A DNA stretch of 64,000 nt, from positions 1-64,000 of the forward strand of contig JAADVB010000069.1 of assembly GCA_023334545.1 (NCBI GenBank), written 5' to 3'. The position numbers and the translations under genes were made by a program. Shown piece by piece: positions 39,001-50,984 of this stretch (its first letter is position 1; each line of letters begins with the position of its first letter). The notes under the pieces are model-generated. The model had not been told where the DNA came from and did no database searches. It saw nothing but the letters and a program-made list of their open reading frames with translations. Source of the DNA: Salisapilia sapeloensis CBS 127946 (lineage: Eukaryota; Protista; Oomycota).

Positions 39001-39098
39001 GTCCGCATATCTCGTAGCGTAGAGTCGACGTGACGGAAAGACACGTCCTGAGGCTTGACAGTCCTCACGAACGTCATGGGGATCCTCTGAACGTCCAT
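36072..39098 (-). CDS. TKL-family protein kinase with two N-terminal ADF-H-like domains and a ubiquitin-like domain; multi-exon
   Basis: Splicing at GT-AG sites joins ORFs 38883-39098, 38623-38886, a small exon (KHLGAASHVNVQKPDDI), 36555-38510 and 36072-36542 in frame. Kinase motifs GCGKAATV, VAVK, HPNIVLFIG, HRDIKSHN, DFG and APE. Confidence 0.8.
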
Positions 39099-39860
39099 CG
39101 CTCTTGCTTGACGACGATCAAGGGTTTTACTTTTTACTAGAGGTTACTGGTACACGAGCCTAGGCTGGTACAAGCTGTCGGATGGGATAGAGGGAGAGAC
39201 TGAAGCAAACGCCAAGTGCCGTTTCGATACCGGTGCGTAGTAAAAGGACAAGCTAAAGTCGTGAATTCTCTCTACCGTCCTGCTTTCACTTGGAGATAAC
39301 AGAGAGTGGTAGGACGGAACGCTTAGAAAGATTTTCTGCCACCTTTCGATTCGATCGAAGGAAGCTTTTTTCTCCGTCGAAAGGAACCGCTCGTGTGTAA
39401 ATTCGCTTGCAATCGTGCGTCGGTAAGTAAAGCGCTGGTCTAAAGGCGTTTACGGACTCGTGGGCATACAAAAGAGTGCAAAGTGCGGGCACACGAACGC
39501 ACCTTCAGTCCAGGTAGGTGATCACTTCACACTGTGTAGTTCGAGCTCTCTATCCGCGCATACAATTCCCAAGATAAAACGTGGGTGCACTGGGTGGCAC
39601 ATATAAGGTACATCCTTGACAACACTACAAAGCAATCTGTATCTTGGCGACGTCAATCGGTCACACCTTGGTCTGCATGTTGAAACCTCGTGTTCGTGTG
39701 CATTTGTGTCGTAAGCTAAGAAATCCACCTCGTCTTTACGCGTTTCTTTGCTCCATGAAAAGTTCATATGCCTGCATTGACGCAGTATCCTACATGTGAG
39801 AGAGGAAGTCGTAGCTGTAGACACTTTGATGAGCAATGTACAATGGGCGTTGTATTTTTT

Positions 39861-42800
39861 TTAAAAATCAGGCAGTTCAGTGTCCTCAAAGATGTCTTGG
39901 TACAACTCTGAGCTGCTGAGATGCGGCGACGCTTTCCACTCGTCATCATTCGAGATATCGTCTCCTTGTCTCTCTTCATCTCCTGTCGTTTCCATACCAT
40001 CGACAGTTTCATCCAAATCGCTGCCATTAGGTGCAGCATACTCTGTTTGATCAAACTCTTCCATTCCATTATCCCCGCTTTCATCTTCTTGCCACTCTCC
40101 GTCAACTGGATACGGCCAGCCTTCGGGAGGTGTCCAGGAGCTCTCGCCAGTGGCGTGATTGAACCAGTAAAAGTGCTCCGAACCAGGATCGTATCCCTTC
40201 TCCCAATCACCAAACGTCTCGGCATCATCGTCGTCTTGTTCCTCCTCATCAACTGCCTCATCGCTTATATCAAATTGAGCATCTTGTTCCGCTTCCTCTT
40301 CTTCATTTACTTCGTCAGTATTACCAATGGTAATCTCGGCGGTCGTAACCGTGTTGCCAAGCAGATCATCAATGCCTGCCGTCAAATCTTCGACATCACG
40401 TAGTAATTCGCTTTCACTTGTAGCATCTTGTGAATCGGCAGGATCGTACATCGTGTTGTCTTGCTCCTTTTCCACGACTTCCTCCTCGCTCATCTCATTT
40501 TCCGGTGCTTTGTAATTTAGTTCGAGAACACTAGCTTCTGTACCACTCTCGTCGATGTGGGATCCAACATTTTCCTGTTCTTCACACGGACTGTCATCTA
40601 AGGATCCAAAGAATTCCGTCGGGCTAATGTCTGTAATATCCTCTCCACTTTGATGACTGCTAAATTTGGTCATGAAAGGAGTGGATGATGGAATGCTACT
40701 TTCATCTTGCACAAGATCTGAAAACAATGACGAGTCTTCCTTTAAGAAGTCCATATCGTCAAAGTTGTCCGAGGGAGTGGTTGTCGAATCAACAAATCCA
40801 GCTTCATCATGGATTGCGCTACTTGTCGTCCCCGTCGAACTTGCCAATAATTCAAACGTCACGTTATCAGCTTCAAAGTCAATATCAGTGTTCGCTTCGG
40901 CGTGCAGTTGCATCGATTCTTTATCCAGCTCTTCTTTTGCTTCGCTTGAACTTGCGTTCACTTCGGTAGCGGGGCCAAGCTCTTGCAATGTCTGATCGAC
41001 TGTTTCAATGCCGATTAATCCTGGCTCATGTATTTCCATCTCTTCAAAAGACGATTTAAGCTGAGCTTTTGCTTGGAGCAATTGGTCGTATTTGTCTTTC
41101 GAAGCCGATAGTTGGTCATTATCAATGTCTCCAGCTTGGATGTTTTCATACAAGTTTCGACTCTGAATTTCATCTAGTAAGCCCATATTTTCAAGCTTTC
41201 TTCTGTACGCAAGCACCTTGGCATTATCGCATTGATCACTTTCACTCATTGTCGCCAATACCTTCAGAGCTGTACCGATCGTAGATATCTCTTCCTCGGC
41301 GTGATTTATAAAGTCGGACACGGCTAATGCACACAGGAACTTACTACCTTTAGCTTGTACGTCTTCACCGGATACTCTTCGTTGCTGACTTTCACTGATC
41401 GATTCGGATTGTACTTCTGGTTTCCTGGAAGTAGAAGACACTTTTGGAGTGGCTAGTGGTTCCTCCTGCTGTGCTGCTTTAGATGAAACTCTTGTTGGCA
41501 ATGTTCGAGTTGCGCTAGAAGTATCTTTGATGCTTCTCGGTTTTGTTGGAGATCGGTCGTAGCTCCCAACTCTTTCTGCAACAGACATGGAAACTTCGAA
41601 TGTCGGTCGTAACTTTGTGCGCTGTCGCTTTTGAACAAGGTTCGTGTCTACAGGAATAAACTTTGGCATACTGAGTCGGTTCACACGATCTATATGTGCT
41701 TGGGACATAGCTTTTCCACTATTAGATTTGCTCTTTTTCTTCAAACTACCATGGTTTGGCGGGAGTGGCGGTCCAAAGCAAAAGAGCGACAATCTCGTTC
41801 TGTTAGGTGATGCCGGTGCTTTTTGTCGAGACCGATATGCAAGAGCCTGACTTCGCGCTTCATCCTTTTGCCGTTGTTCATCTCTTTTAGAAAATCTTGG
41901 TGGTGGATACTCGTCGTTTTCCCAACTGTCAAAGGTATTCGAACCTGCTGCTACTGGGTCCTGCCGAAGCTGAATTAAATCGCAGGCTGTGGTCACCCAC
42001 ATCGGACTGGAATCTGCCAACTCCTCTGCATCAAAAAGAGACTTTGATGTACTACCCAAGGAGCCTTCACGCTGTTTCTTTATTGCTTTTAAATGCCTAG
42101 TTGCAGAGTGAAAGCTTCCAACCGTCAACAAGTTAGGTAGAAAGTTTAAAAGATGTGTCAGGTTCTTCCTCTTCTGACCGCCGTGTCCTGATACGACCGG
42201 ATTGTTATCCAAATCCAAATGCTCGAGTGCCTGGTTGATGGAAAGCAATCGTAAAGACGGCACACCAACAATTCGGTTACCCGACAAATTCAGCACATTT
42301 AGTTCCTGCATGTGCTCTATATTTACGACAGACTTCAATTGATTGTTGCTCAGGTTCAATGCTTGAAGATGAAGCAACTTCGTTAGTCCACTAACAGTTC
42401 GCAATCCGTTAGAGGAGAGATCGAGAACTCGCAGCTTTTTAAATGCGTCAAAGCTTTCTTCATGCATCTTAGTCAGCTGGTTGCTAGACAAGTCGAGTAC
42501 TCGCAGTGATGGAAACCGGCACTTTCTAAACATTGACAAACTTGAAAGTCCATTATTCGGTAGTAGCAGTGCAATCAGATTGTGCGCTGGAAGCTCATTT
42601 GGATAGTCAGAAATCATTTGCCCTTGATGCACATTTGGAAAGTGAACCTTTGCAACATACTGCTCTTTGGTGCCTTTCATGACTTCATAGACGATGGACT
42701 GATACTTTTCATGATCCTTTACTTCATCGATCATTTTAAGTCCATCCAAAGAGGAATGGATTAAAGGAGAATTAGACAATTTCAACGGTTCTTGTTCAGG

Positions 42801-44493
42801 TTTGACAGCCTCCACCAAGCTATCCATCCTAGAAGTAGTATTCTCTACTATATTTGCAGAAACTGTCAGTGTCGAATCCTTCATCTCTCCGTGTCTTTCT
42901 TTCAAGCTTGTTGGTGCAGTATTTCGATCATACGTGTCTTCTTTTATTTCTGCTTTGTCTACTTCTTCATTAACAGATTCAAACACATTCAGTCTTGAAA
43001 AATCTGACCTAGATGGTCGCTGAGATCGTATCAGTAATCGTTCTTCGTCTATACTACCTGTAAAGGTATTTGCATTGGCAGTAGTGTTCCTGTAGTTGCT
43101 CCGTCCTAGCTCATTAGCTGGGCTGGAAGCTGTGTGGAGCAGCACTGGCTGAGGACCTTTTGTTACAAAGCTTTCACGATGACCACGCCCTGGCGATCGA
43201 GTACTAGTCGGTGGCTCTTCTTGCACAATACCGGTAATTTCGGTAAAAGTATGCACTCGCTCTGCCCCAAATACTTCTTTTGGAGGTGATAGCTCATTTC
43301 CAGATATAGTATTTGTAGGAGATGGCGGTCTTTGTTCTGTTGGCATCGATGCATTTAAAGATGATGGTATTTGACCTTTCTCAGGACAATTAGAAGGTGT
43401 TGTGGTACTGGTCTTTTGAGCGGAATCATTCGCACTTCCACTCCAGCACCTCGCATCGTCGATAGCACTGAGCGACTTCGACTGGCGAGATGGTAACGCC
43501 CTTAACAATGATTTCCTTGGTGACCGAATCAACTGTTCCAGAGAAGGATCCGGTGACACTGTCTCGTCATCATACTCCGGGAAGCACTTGGTCAGCATAA
43601 TCGATTCTAGGTTTCTACATACATCCTGTGGGTTATGAGACGAGGTTTTCCGAGCCATCATCAACTTCATCTCTTTTTTACTAGGCTCTGACCCAGATAC
43701 AACTTTTGCCAAAGCACGTAAGTCCTCTTCATCGACAGTTCTTACATTGTCATAGTCGAGAAGATGGATCGCCGCCTTGATCTCAAGCCTTCGGTCTTCA
43801 ATTTTCAGCAAGGCAGTGTACTGATCAATCTCCTTTAGGATGGAACTTGATACGGCATTTCCCTTAAAATTAACATGTGTCAAGTATTTCGCATACTCTG
43901 GTCTGTGTGTTGGTTCCGCTTCTGTTAAGTCCTTCACCTTCGCTTCCAATTCTCGTTCAGCTTGGGCAGCAACCACTTGACGACGCAGTAGCTCTCCAAT
44001 CGCCATGGCACCCTGCAAATACATTACTGACAAATTCAGGAAAGTTAAACCGTAGATGTACTCACCTCATCCGTAATCTGGTTATGCTTTAAGTCAATAG
44101 AGGAAAGCATGGGCATTTCCAGTAGAGTTTCTGCAAGAACTGTGACTTGGTCATCCGTAAGTTCTTGGTGTGCGTATTCAGCAGTATGAAACACTTTCTG
44201 ACTAGAAATCGCTTTGTATATGCTCTACCCACCATGCTCATGTCAGTCTCAGCTTGCAAAGCGGATAAAATTCCTGTTACCTTTTCGAGGCACGGAGGCA
44301 CTGGAACATGTCGCTCAGCAGCAATTTTTCGATATAAATCACGAAACCTGCGGAGAATGTTGATGAGCTATTTGTCGAACTAGACGCGGGCAAGTTCACT
44401 AGGCACGAGATACCTTTTCATATCATCCAAAGACGGTGTCCGCAACATTTTCGTCTTCTTCTTCTTCGCTTTATGGAAGATGCCACCGAACAT
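39861..44493 (-). CDS. Large LRR protein with acidic tail and C-terminal WW domain; three short 5' introns
   Basis: Spliced N-terminus MFGGIFHK...DDMKRFRDLYRK...LSSIDLKHNQITDEGAMAIG. SDS22-like LRRs (LRVLDLSSNQLTKM, LQALNLSNNQLKSV, LEHLDLDNNPV). WW domain DWEKGYDPGSEHFYWFNHATGESSWTPP. Confidence 0.8.
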
Positions 44494-46892
44494 CGTTTAT
44501 TAGTGCTCGGAGTACGTTGTATACTTTTCGTCTAAAGCAATGCTTGCTATATTTGCCAATTGGGCGTGCATTGTTTAGACTGCTTCTAATTTTATCTTTG
44601 GTCATCTAGATATAAATACATCGTACCATGGACACGTTAATAGATTAAAGATAAGCTCAATGGAAAACAAAGGAAATTCAGATACAGCAGAGGATGACGG
44701 GGAAGAAACCCAAGTCGACATACTGGATGAGGAAGGCGAGCAGACAAGCACGAACATTGATTATATCATGAGGCGAAAAGAGAACGAATGGATGGATCGA
44801 CTTCGACTGCTGAAAGAAGAATCTGAGAGCCTTATGACACAGGAACGAAAACGATATGAGGAGTTGGAAGCTAAACATCAGGAGCTAAAACGAAAGCATG
44901 CTGACGAAGTAGCTGAAATGGAAGCTCATCATGTGAAAACAGTACAGGAAGTCGAAAACCAGTATGAGCAAAAGCTTGCCTACGAGCTTACTAGATATGA
45001 CACACTATCAGAGACATTGGAGAATACAAGACAGAAATGTGCAGCTTTAATTGAAAGTCAGGATACGCATTATCGGAGTCGGCTCCACAATGAGCGTAGA
45101 ATGAATGAAGCTCGTTCCAATGAACAAAGTGAAATCCTTAAGCGTCTTCATGACGACATGAAATACAACCATATTAAGTTTGAGGAAGTGCTTGAACAAG
45201 AGGAAAGTGAGTATGAAATGCAACTTCTTAAGCTGCGCGAAGATTACGAAAAACAGTTAGAGATGGAGCGTCAGAATACAGCATTGAAACAAGGTCAGCT
45301 CAGTGCTACAACTACTAAACTGGAGTCCATGAAAAAGAAGGTTCAAGAACTTAAAGCATTTGCACAGACACAAGATGCTTTGCTCGTAAATGAGACTGCA
45401 AAAGTCGAAAAGTTAGAGCAAGCAATCGTTCAGTATGAAAAGCAGAGTGAAGTGTACAAGGAAACGATTGGAAACAGAGACAAAGAAATACATGAACTAA
45501 AGTCCTCGAATCGCATTTTGGAGAAGTTTCGATCGGTCTTGGAACACCGAATTGAGAATCTAGAGATGGAGAAAGCCCCAATGCAAGAACATGTTACAAG
45601 TCTGGAAACAAACATTAAGGAGATGCAAAATGAACTTGCTCAAGGGCTGCGCCAAAAGCAGTTGTCAGATAAAGAAATTGATGTAAAAGAAACCCGATTG
45701 AAACTTATCACGAATGAAGTGCGTGTACTGCGCCAGAAGTTTACTCAAAAGGATTATGCCATGAGTGAAATGGTGCGGACCATAGGACAGATTTCGCAGA
45801 TGACGAATTTAAAAGACATGGAAGTAGCAGTGAAGCATGCATTCAATGGATTCGTAGCAGAATTAAACAAACAAAAGCAAAAGTCGGCTCCACAAAGTAG
45901 CGCACCAGGAACACCAGGAACACCAGGAACTCCATCAGCAAAGACGCAGAAAGCTATGTCTCCGATGGACCCCAAGCTGTCCAAAATACTGAAAAAAGAT
46001 GATACTGTACAGGACCCTTCGACAAGTCTTGATGTTGTTCTTGGCTTTGACTCTAAGCAAGCCGTCGAAGAATCGGAAAAACAAGTTGAATATCAGAACA
46101 AGACATTAAAAACCCTTCGGTCAGCTTTGGGAAATACACAAGCCAAAGCAGTTCGTGTTCGGCGTGAAGCCATATCGGAAGGAAGTGTGCTCATTGAAGA
46201 ATGCAATCACCTGCGAAAAGAAAACAAGGAGCTCCGCATGCAGTTGCGAGAAAAAGATGGTGCTGGTCATGGAAGCAATAATCGAAGGGGAAAAACTAGC
46301 GTCAATACAGAAAGCAAAGGATCAATGACACCGTCCAAGAATCTGCTTGGAAGTGCTTCTTGCCCATCCATTGAATCCATGTCACCACAGGGATCTATCC
46401 TGTGCAACAGTCCAGTGGTAACAAGTCCATTAAAGCTAAAACCACTACGGTCGCAATCGCCTGGAAATAACAGACGACTAGATCAGTTATCTAGTCCAGC
46501 AGCACTAAGAGGACATTTCGAACGACATCGGCACCAGGCACCACTTGAACGCATGGATGACATGAAAAACATTATTAGCGATCAAGAGAGAGAAATCATG
46601 CGATTGAAAAGACAAATTCAAATTTTGCTTGAAGAGGACAAAGGTACATTTATTATGTCGTCTTTATATTTTTTATGTTAATGAGATCTTGTGCGTAGAT
46701 GACACTAATCTTGAACTATCATCTTTACAGTCGCATTCGGAAACACAAAATGTGAAGTGGGCGAACACCATACCTTTAGTCAGTCCGCTTGGTTCCCTTC
46801 GGCCGCTCACATCACCAACCGGGCAATCGCTGGACTCTTCGTTTGTACTAGCAACGTCCCAGAGCCCAACACCCGATGCTTCACTTGCGTGA
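44473..46892 (+). CDS. CFAP57/WDR65-like coiled-coil protein lacking most WD40 repeats
   Basis: IDYIMRRKENEWMDRL, YEQKLAYELTRYDTL, EEVLEQEESEYEMQLLKLREDYEKQL and SNRILEKFRSVLEHRIENL resemble the CFAP57 C-terminal coiled coil. Putative 5' exon 44473-44511 plus intron 44512-44578 adds a WD-like remnant (alternative start ATG 44660). A 3' intron lies near 46642-46698. Confidence 0.62.
45903..45929 (+). repeat. 9-bp coding tandem repeat (CACCAGGAA)x3 = PGT repeats
   Basis: caccaggaa caccaggaa caccaggaa within the disordered region APGTPGTPGTP. Confidence 0.8.
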
Positions 46893-47909
46893 TTGCCTGC
46901 TACTAGGGAAGTACAAACACTAACAGCTCCTTCATTGCAACGTGATGACAGTAAATCAACCGAGTACGCGCCTTTCACTTTCCTTCAAGCTCAGGAAACA
47001 CATGTCATGGATAAGTTCGGGCCTGTCATGATCATGGAACATTCTCTTCTGTATTTGAACCGCTATAGGCGTGGAATATCGTCGATAAGAACACAGTGCC
47101 CTTTCATTTGCATACTTTGACGAACCGTTGTCCAATTCTTTTTGTATGGCAACTGGCTTTGCGTTGATTCGAATGGTAACTTGGATCTGCTTTTTGTTCG
47201 ATTGCCATCCTTTCTTCCTGTCTAGGTCTTATCTTTGCGACTAATCGTGCAACTATTCGTGTTCACTGGTCACCTGCAAAAGTATGCGATGTACGACTGG
47301 GCGTAGTATGCATTGGTGAACTTTTGCTTTGCTCTTTGTAGCTATTAAGATCGGATCTAGTAGCTTCGTCTAACTCTTACATTTCTCTGCATTCTGGTGA
47401 AATACCCAAAAGTCTCCCCAACCACCACCAATCGCATTATGTGCTATTTTCTCATCTACTGGACTCTTCCAATTCCGGCATACCCCAATCTGCGGGCTCA
47501 GACTCGATGCAGCCCGAAATAAGCCTGATAGCAGAAAGCTTGACCAGACTGGGATTTTCTACCTTGACATCAGCTTCTAGTCCTGTTCATCTTCGGGTCA
47601 GCACCTCAGGCGAATCCTTCTGGACATATAGCAAACGCAAGAGTACGTCACTACCTAAAGTGACGCACAGTTCCTAGTAGCTCTCCGCCTCCTTCATCTT
47701 CCACCTCCAGGTACACACTTGGTACAGGAGCGTCGACAGTGCTATACAAAAATCAAGTTGTGCGCTGACTACCTAGCTCGGAACCAGCTTGGAAGAAGCG
47801 GTCAAGACGAGCCCGAGGACAGTCCACACAAACGCCATTCTGTGACTTTTCTCTCACTACGTGAATTGCCCCAGCATCGTCATCTACTTCCGACAACTTT
47901 TACCCTAGT

Positions 47910-48755
47910 ATGGATCTCGCTGTTCGAGTAAACGTTCGCTATGCAGCACCTCCTGACTCCCAGCTTAAGGATGTTATGCGCCTATTTAAGAGCGCCCGTT
48001 GGGTCCGCTCCGTTTTACGCCACATACTGCCACAACTGCGTCGATCGACGCCAATCTCGGTAACTGAATTGGAGCGCTTGCGGCAAAGCGCCGAGGTGAT
48101 CACAGACCCGTCTCAGTCTTGCGCTGTCTGTCTCGAATCAGTGGCTGGAGGGCTGTCCATGGAACTCGCGTGCCACCATCGTTTCCATGTTGAATGTATC
48201 GAGCGATGGCTGCGTGTTCGTAGCACTTGTCCTTGCTGCCGATCGCAATTGCCAACGGAAGAGCATGCCAAATACAGCATATCATCCATCAACACTACGA
48301 TACTATTGCCAAAAGACCAGTCTCAACTACCACCTCACGAGCTGGCCAACTTGTCTACCACAGGTCTAACCATCCGAGCTGTAGTCAATGCAAAAGTTCG
48401 TCGGGATGAACGACAGAGTGAGGACACATCGGTCGGTGAGCATGAGACGATACCATCTCTCCATTCAGGAGATCGGCAACATGACTTGGTCCAGTTGCAA
48501 GCAAGAGCCCCGGAGGTAATGACGACGACAGTGGAGACTGGCGGTAATGCGAGTGAGTCGTCCCCCGTTTGTGTGCAAGTACCTACAGTTCCTCTGTTTC
48601 AACGTCATTTGACGAGACGACGGAATCGTGAGTGCTCTGGAAGTGATGTGGAAAGGGAGAATGAGTCAAACAAGAGAAGACGAGGAAATGCACCCTCACA
48701 AATGCTACAAGTCAAAGAACAAGACCGGAGTCCGGCAACTGCCACAACTTTATAG
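47910..48755 (+). CDS. RING-H2 finger protein (putative E3 ligase)
   Basis: CAVCLESVAGGLSMELACHHRFHVECIERWLRVRSTCPCCR (C3H2C3); disordered C-terminus. Confidence 0.8.
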   Translation: MDLAVRVNVRYAAPPDSQLKDVMRLFKSARWVRSVLRHILPQLRRSTPISVTELERLRQSAEVITDPSQSCAVCLESVAGGLSMELACHHRFHVECIERWLRVRSTCPCCRSQLPTEEHAKYSISSINTTILLPKDQSQLPPHELANLSTTGLTIRAVVNAKVRRDERQSEDTSVGEHETIPSLHSGDRQHDLVQLQARAPEVMTTTVETGGNASESSPVCVQVPTVPLFQRHLTRRRNRECSGSDVERENESNKRRRGNAPSQMLQVKEQDRSPATATTL

Positions 48756-49223
48756 AAGTAAAAGATAACAGAGCCAATTGTGTATTGATATCCTGCAAGT
48801 GTGCATACATCCTCTTTTCTTTTCTATCAAGCCGCTTGAAGTCGCAAGATGATAATCGTGAGAACCTTCGTTCGTTTGTATTGGATACAGTGCAGGCTTC
48901 GACTGACAACTACGTTGTGACGATAATCACGCCGGACTTGTCGAAATTGAAGTAAGGATAAGATAGTCTATTGGGGATTTCAAAGTCTCCATGCTGTATC
49001 TTCATATCTATTTACAAAAGATTCACTACAAGACAAGAAACTGCCACACAGGCAGTTTCTACTCGAAAGACAACCATTCTATTATTAATCGCAGCATGAA
49101 GTTACTACTTTTCACTTCGATCCTGTCTTCCTCATTATAACACCACTGCTCATCTTTAATCGATGAATTACTTTTGAGTAATAAAGCACAGTCTATTGTA
49201 TAGTATAATTCGTTAGATCTAGA

Positions 49224-49510
49224 TGAAGGTGAATGTTGATAGCATAAATGTGAGCTTCTGCTGGTAAAACCCGCTCTGGACGGGAAAAAGCAGTGGGCCA
49301 GTTCGCGTTAAGTGATTCGGCTGGGCCTCAAGTATCATACGTACACCCCTGCCGCGTATCATTGGATGAATGGATCACTATGATCGCTAATTCGCCTCGT
49401 ATGCGGTGGACAAGTGTCTTGAAACTACGTTGAGTGCCTAGTGGGGAGCTATCGACTGCGTAAGCAAGTGGGGACGATATCGTCCTGACCAGTCCTAAGA
49501 TATACCTTCA
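49224..49510 (+). ncRNA. Candidate structured non-coding RNA (~290 nt), identity unknown; a TE remnant is not excluded
   Basis: No ORF. Terminal stem TGAAGGTG (49224-31) / TACCTTCA (49503-10), nested stem TTGATAGC (49236-43) / GCTATCGA (49448-55), and several internal hairpins. G-U pairs favour the + strand. Confidence 0.35.
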
Positions 49511-49867
49511 ATAAAGCTATGTATTATGTACCGAACGCGTAGGATCACGAAGCTGAATCTTTCTGAGTAGCAAGTCGCACCGTGGAATGCAATGACTACG
49601 AAAAGGCGAGCTTTCACTATCTCTGCTTGCTCCCAACCTCAACATATACTCATATATATTGGGATAACATCATGCTAGCACACAAGCCCCATCTAGCTGG
49701 CTTAATGAAAATACTTTTGTGCTTGCTAGGCGGAGTGTGGAAGCCAAGTTTCCACTTGTCAGATAGTTCATCTTTGAGTTGCAGCTTACCAGATGTCAAT
49801 GTTTGTGGTGGTTTTCAATGGGGTATATTCAACCCTACCAGGAACAATCGATCGAATTGACGCGACA

Positions 49868-50984
49868 ATGGTGTACTACTTCACTTCTTCCGGTAGAAAC
49901 TAGCTTCTGACGATTAGATACAAGAATGCACACATGATAGATAAATAACATGTATACACTAGAGGGCCACACGATTTACATGGGCAAGGACAAGCATGAA
50001 AACGAAGAACTCATTCGATATGGCTTCTTGGAGGACATTTGGTAGACTGCGTTCTATGCATATTTACGTACGTAGCTTATTTATCTATGCACTACAGGTT
50101 CCATGTAGATGATCTGTCTTCTGCGCACGTGTACTTGCGACTACCTATTGTACGAGCGATATTAAACTCGGAAGTTAGGACAAATATGTACAAATATTAA
50201 CCGGTTAAATGCATCAGGGCAAGTCCAAACTCGACGATATCTCCTCTACTTGTCTGGAAGAGTGTGCTCAGCTAGTAAAAGTACTATATACAACCGTATT
50301 ATGCCATTGGCTCTTTGTCTAACGCTTTCTGCTATCAGGAAAACTCGATTGAAGGCTCGAAAAAGAAATCTGTCGATGTGGTACGCAGTCTTACCAAGCT
50401 AGCTTTATTGCTAGACTAACGTACATCTCAGGTATATACCAAGTGGCGAAATTTACAGAAAACACCGTCGATGGAAGTGGGTCAAGTTGGATTTAACCAC
50501 CCGGAACGGGTAACTATGTACTATATGCCTAGTTGACATAACCACATTAATGTTTCTTTATCAGTTGCGAAAATACGAAGGTGTAGAGAAGAATCGGGAT
50601 ATTATCAAAGCTTTAAACAAAACCAAGACTGAGGCGCATCCGAATTTGGAGCGTATGTAAATTTTTATAACGCAATTTGAGAACCTATTGACATATCCAG
50701 ACGAACAGAGGAGCGGTGGGAACGTGAGAAATTGTACAAGGCAGAGAGAAAGAAGGAGGCTTTGCGAGTGCAAGAAGAGCAGAAGCGATCAAAAGAAGAG
50801 CGTCGAAAGGAAAAAGAGCTACGGAGCTACACGTATGACATTTTGCGTTCTTCAAGTTTGTTTTCTAAACTAACAAGAGGATAGGAGCTTAATGTCGAGA
50901 GACAATATCGAAAAGTCGGCCAACAAGGTGACCGCGTCTGCTGACCTCAGCAGCGTCAACGAGTTTGAAGAAGATTTTATGTAA
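49868..50984 (+). CDS. CCDC25: CCDC25/Jlp2-like protein (NFACT-R/DUF814); about 8 introns
   Basis: [79 protein letters not shown]; ends FEEDFM stop. Confidence 0.88.

Noticed and set aside
49264-49273. TAAAACCC as a telomerase template (TTTTAGGG)
   Set aside because: Only one repeat unit with no alignment overlap, partly sequestered in a stem, and not the TTTAGGG/TTAGGG repeats usual for oomycetes.
49224-49547. Solo LTR or MITE interpretation of the structured segment
   Set aside because: TG...CA ends and an AATAAA can be found, but no matching target-site duplication and no second copy in the window. Left open only as an alternative.
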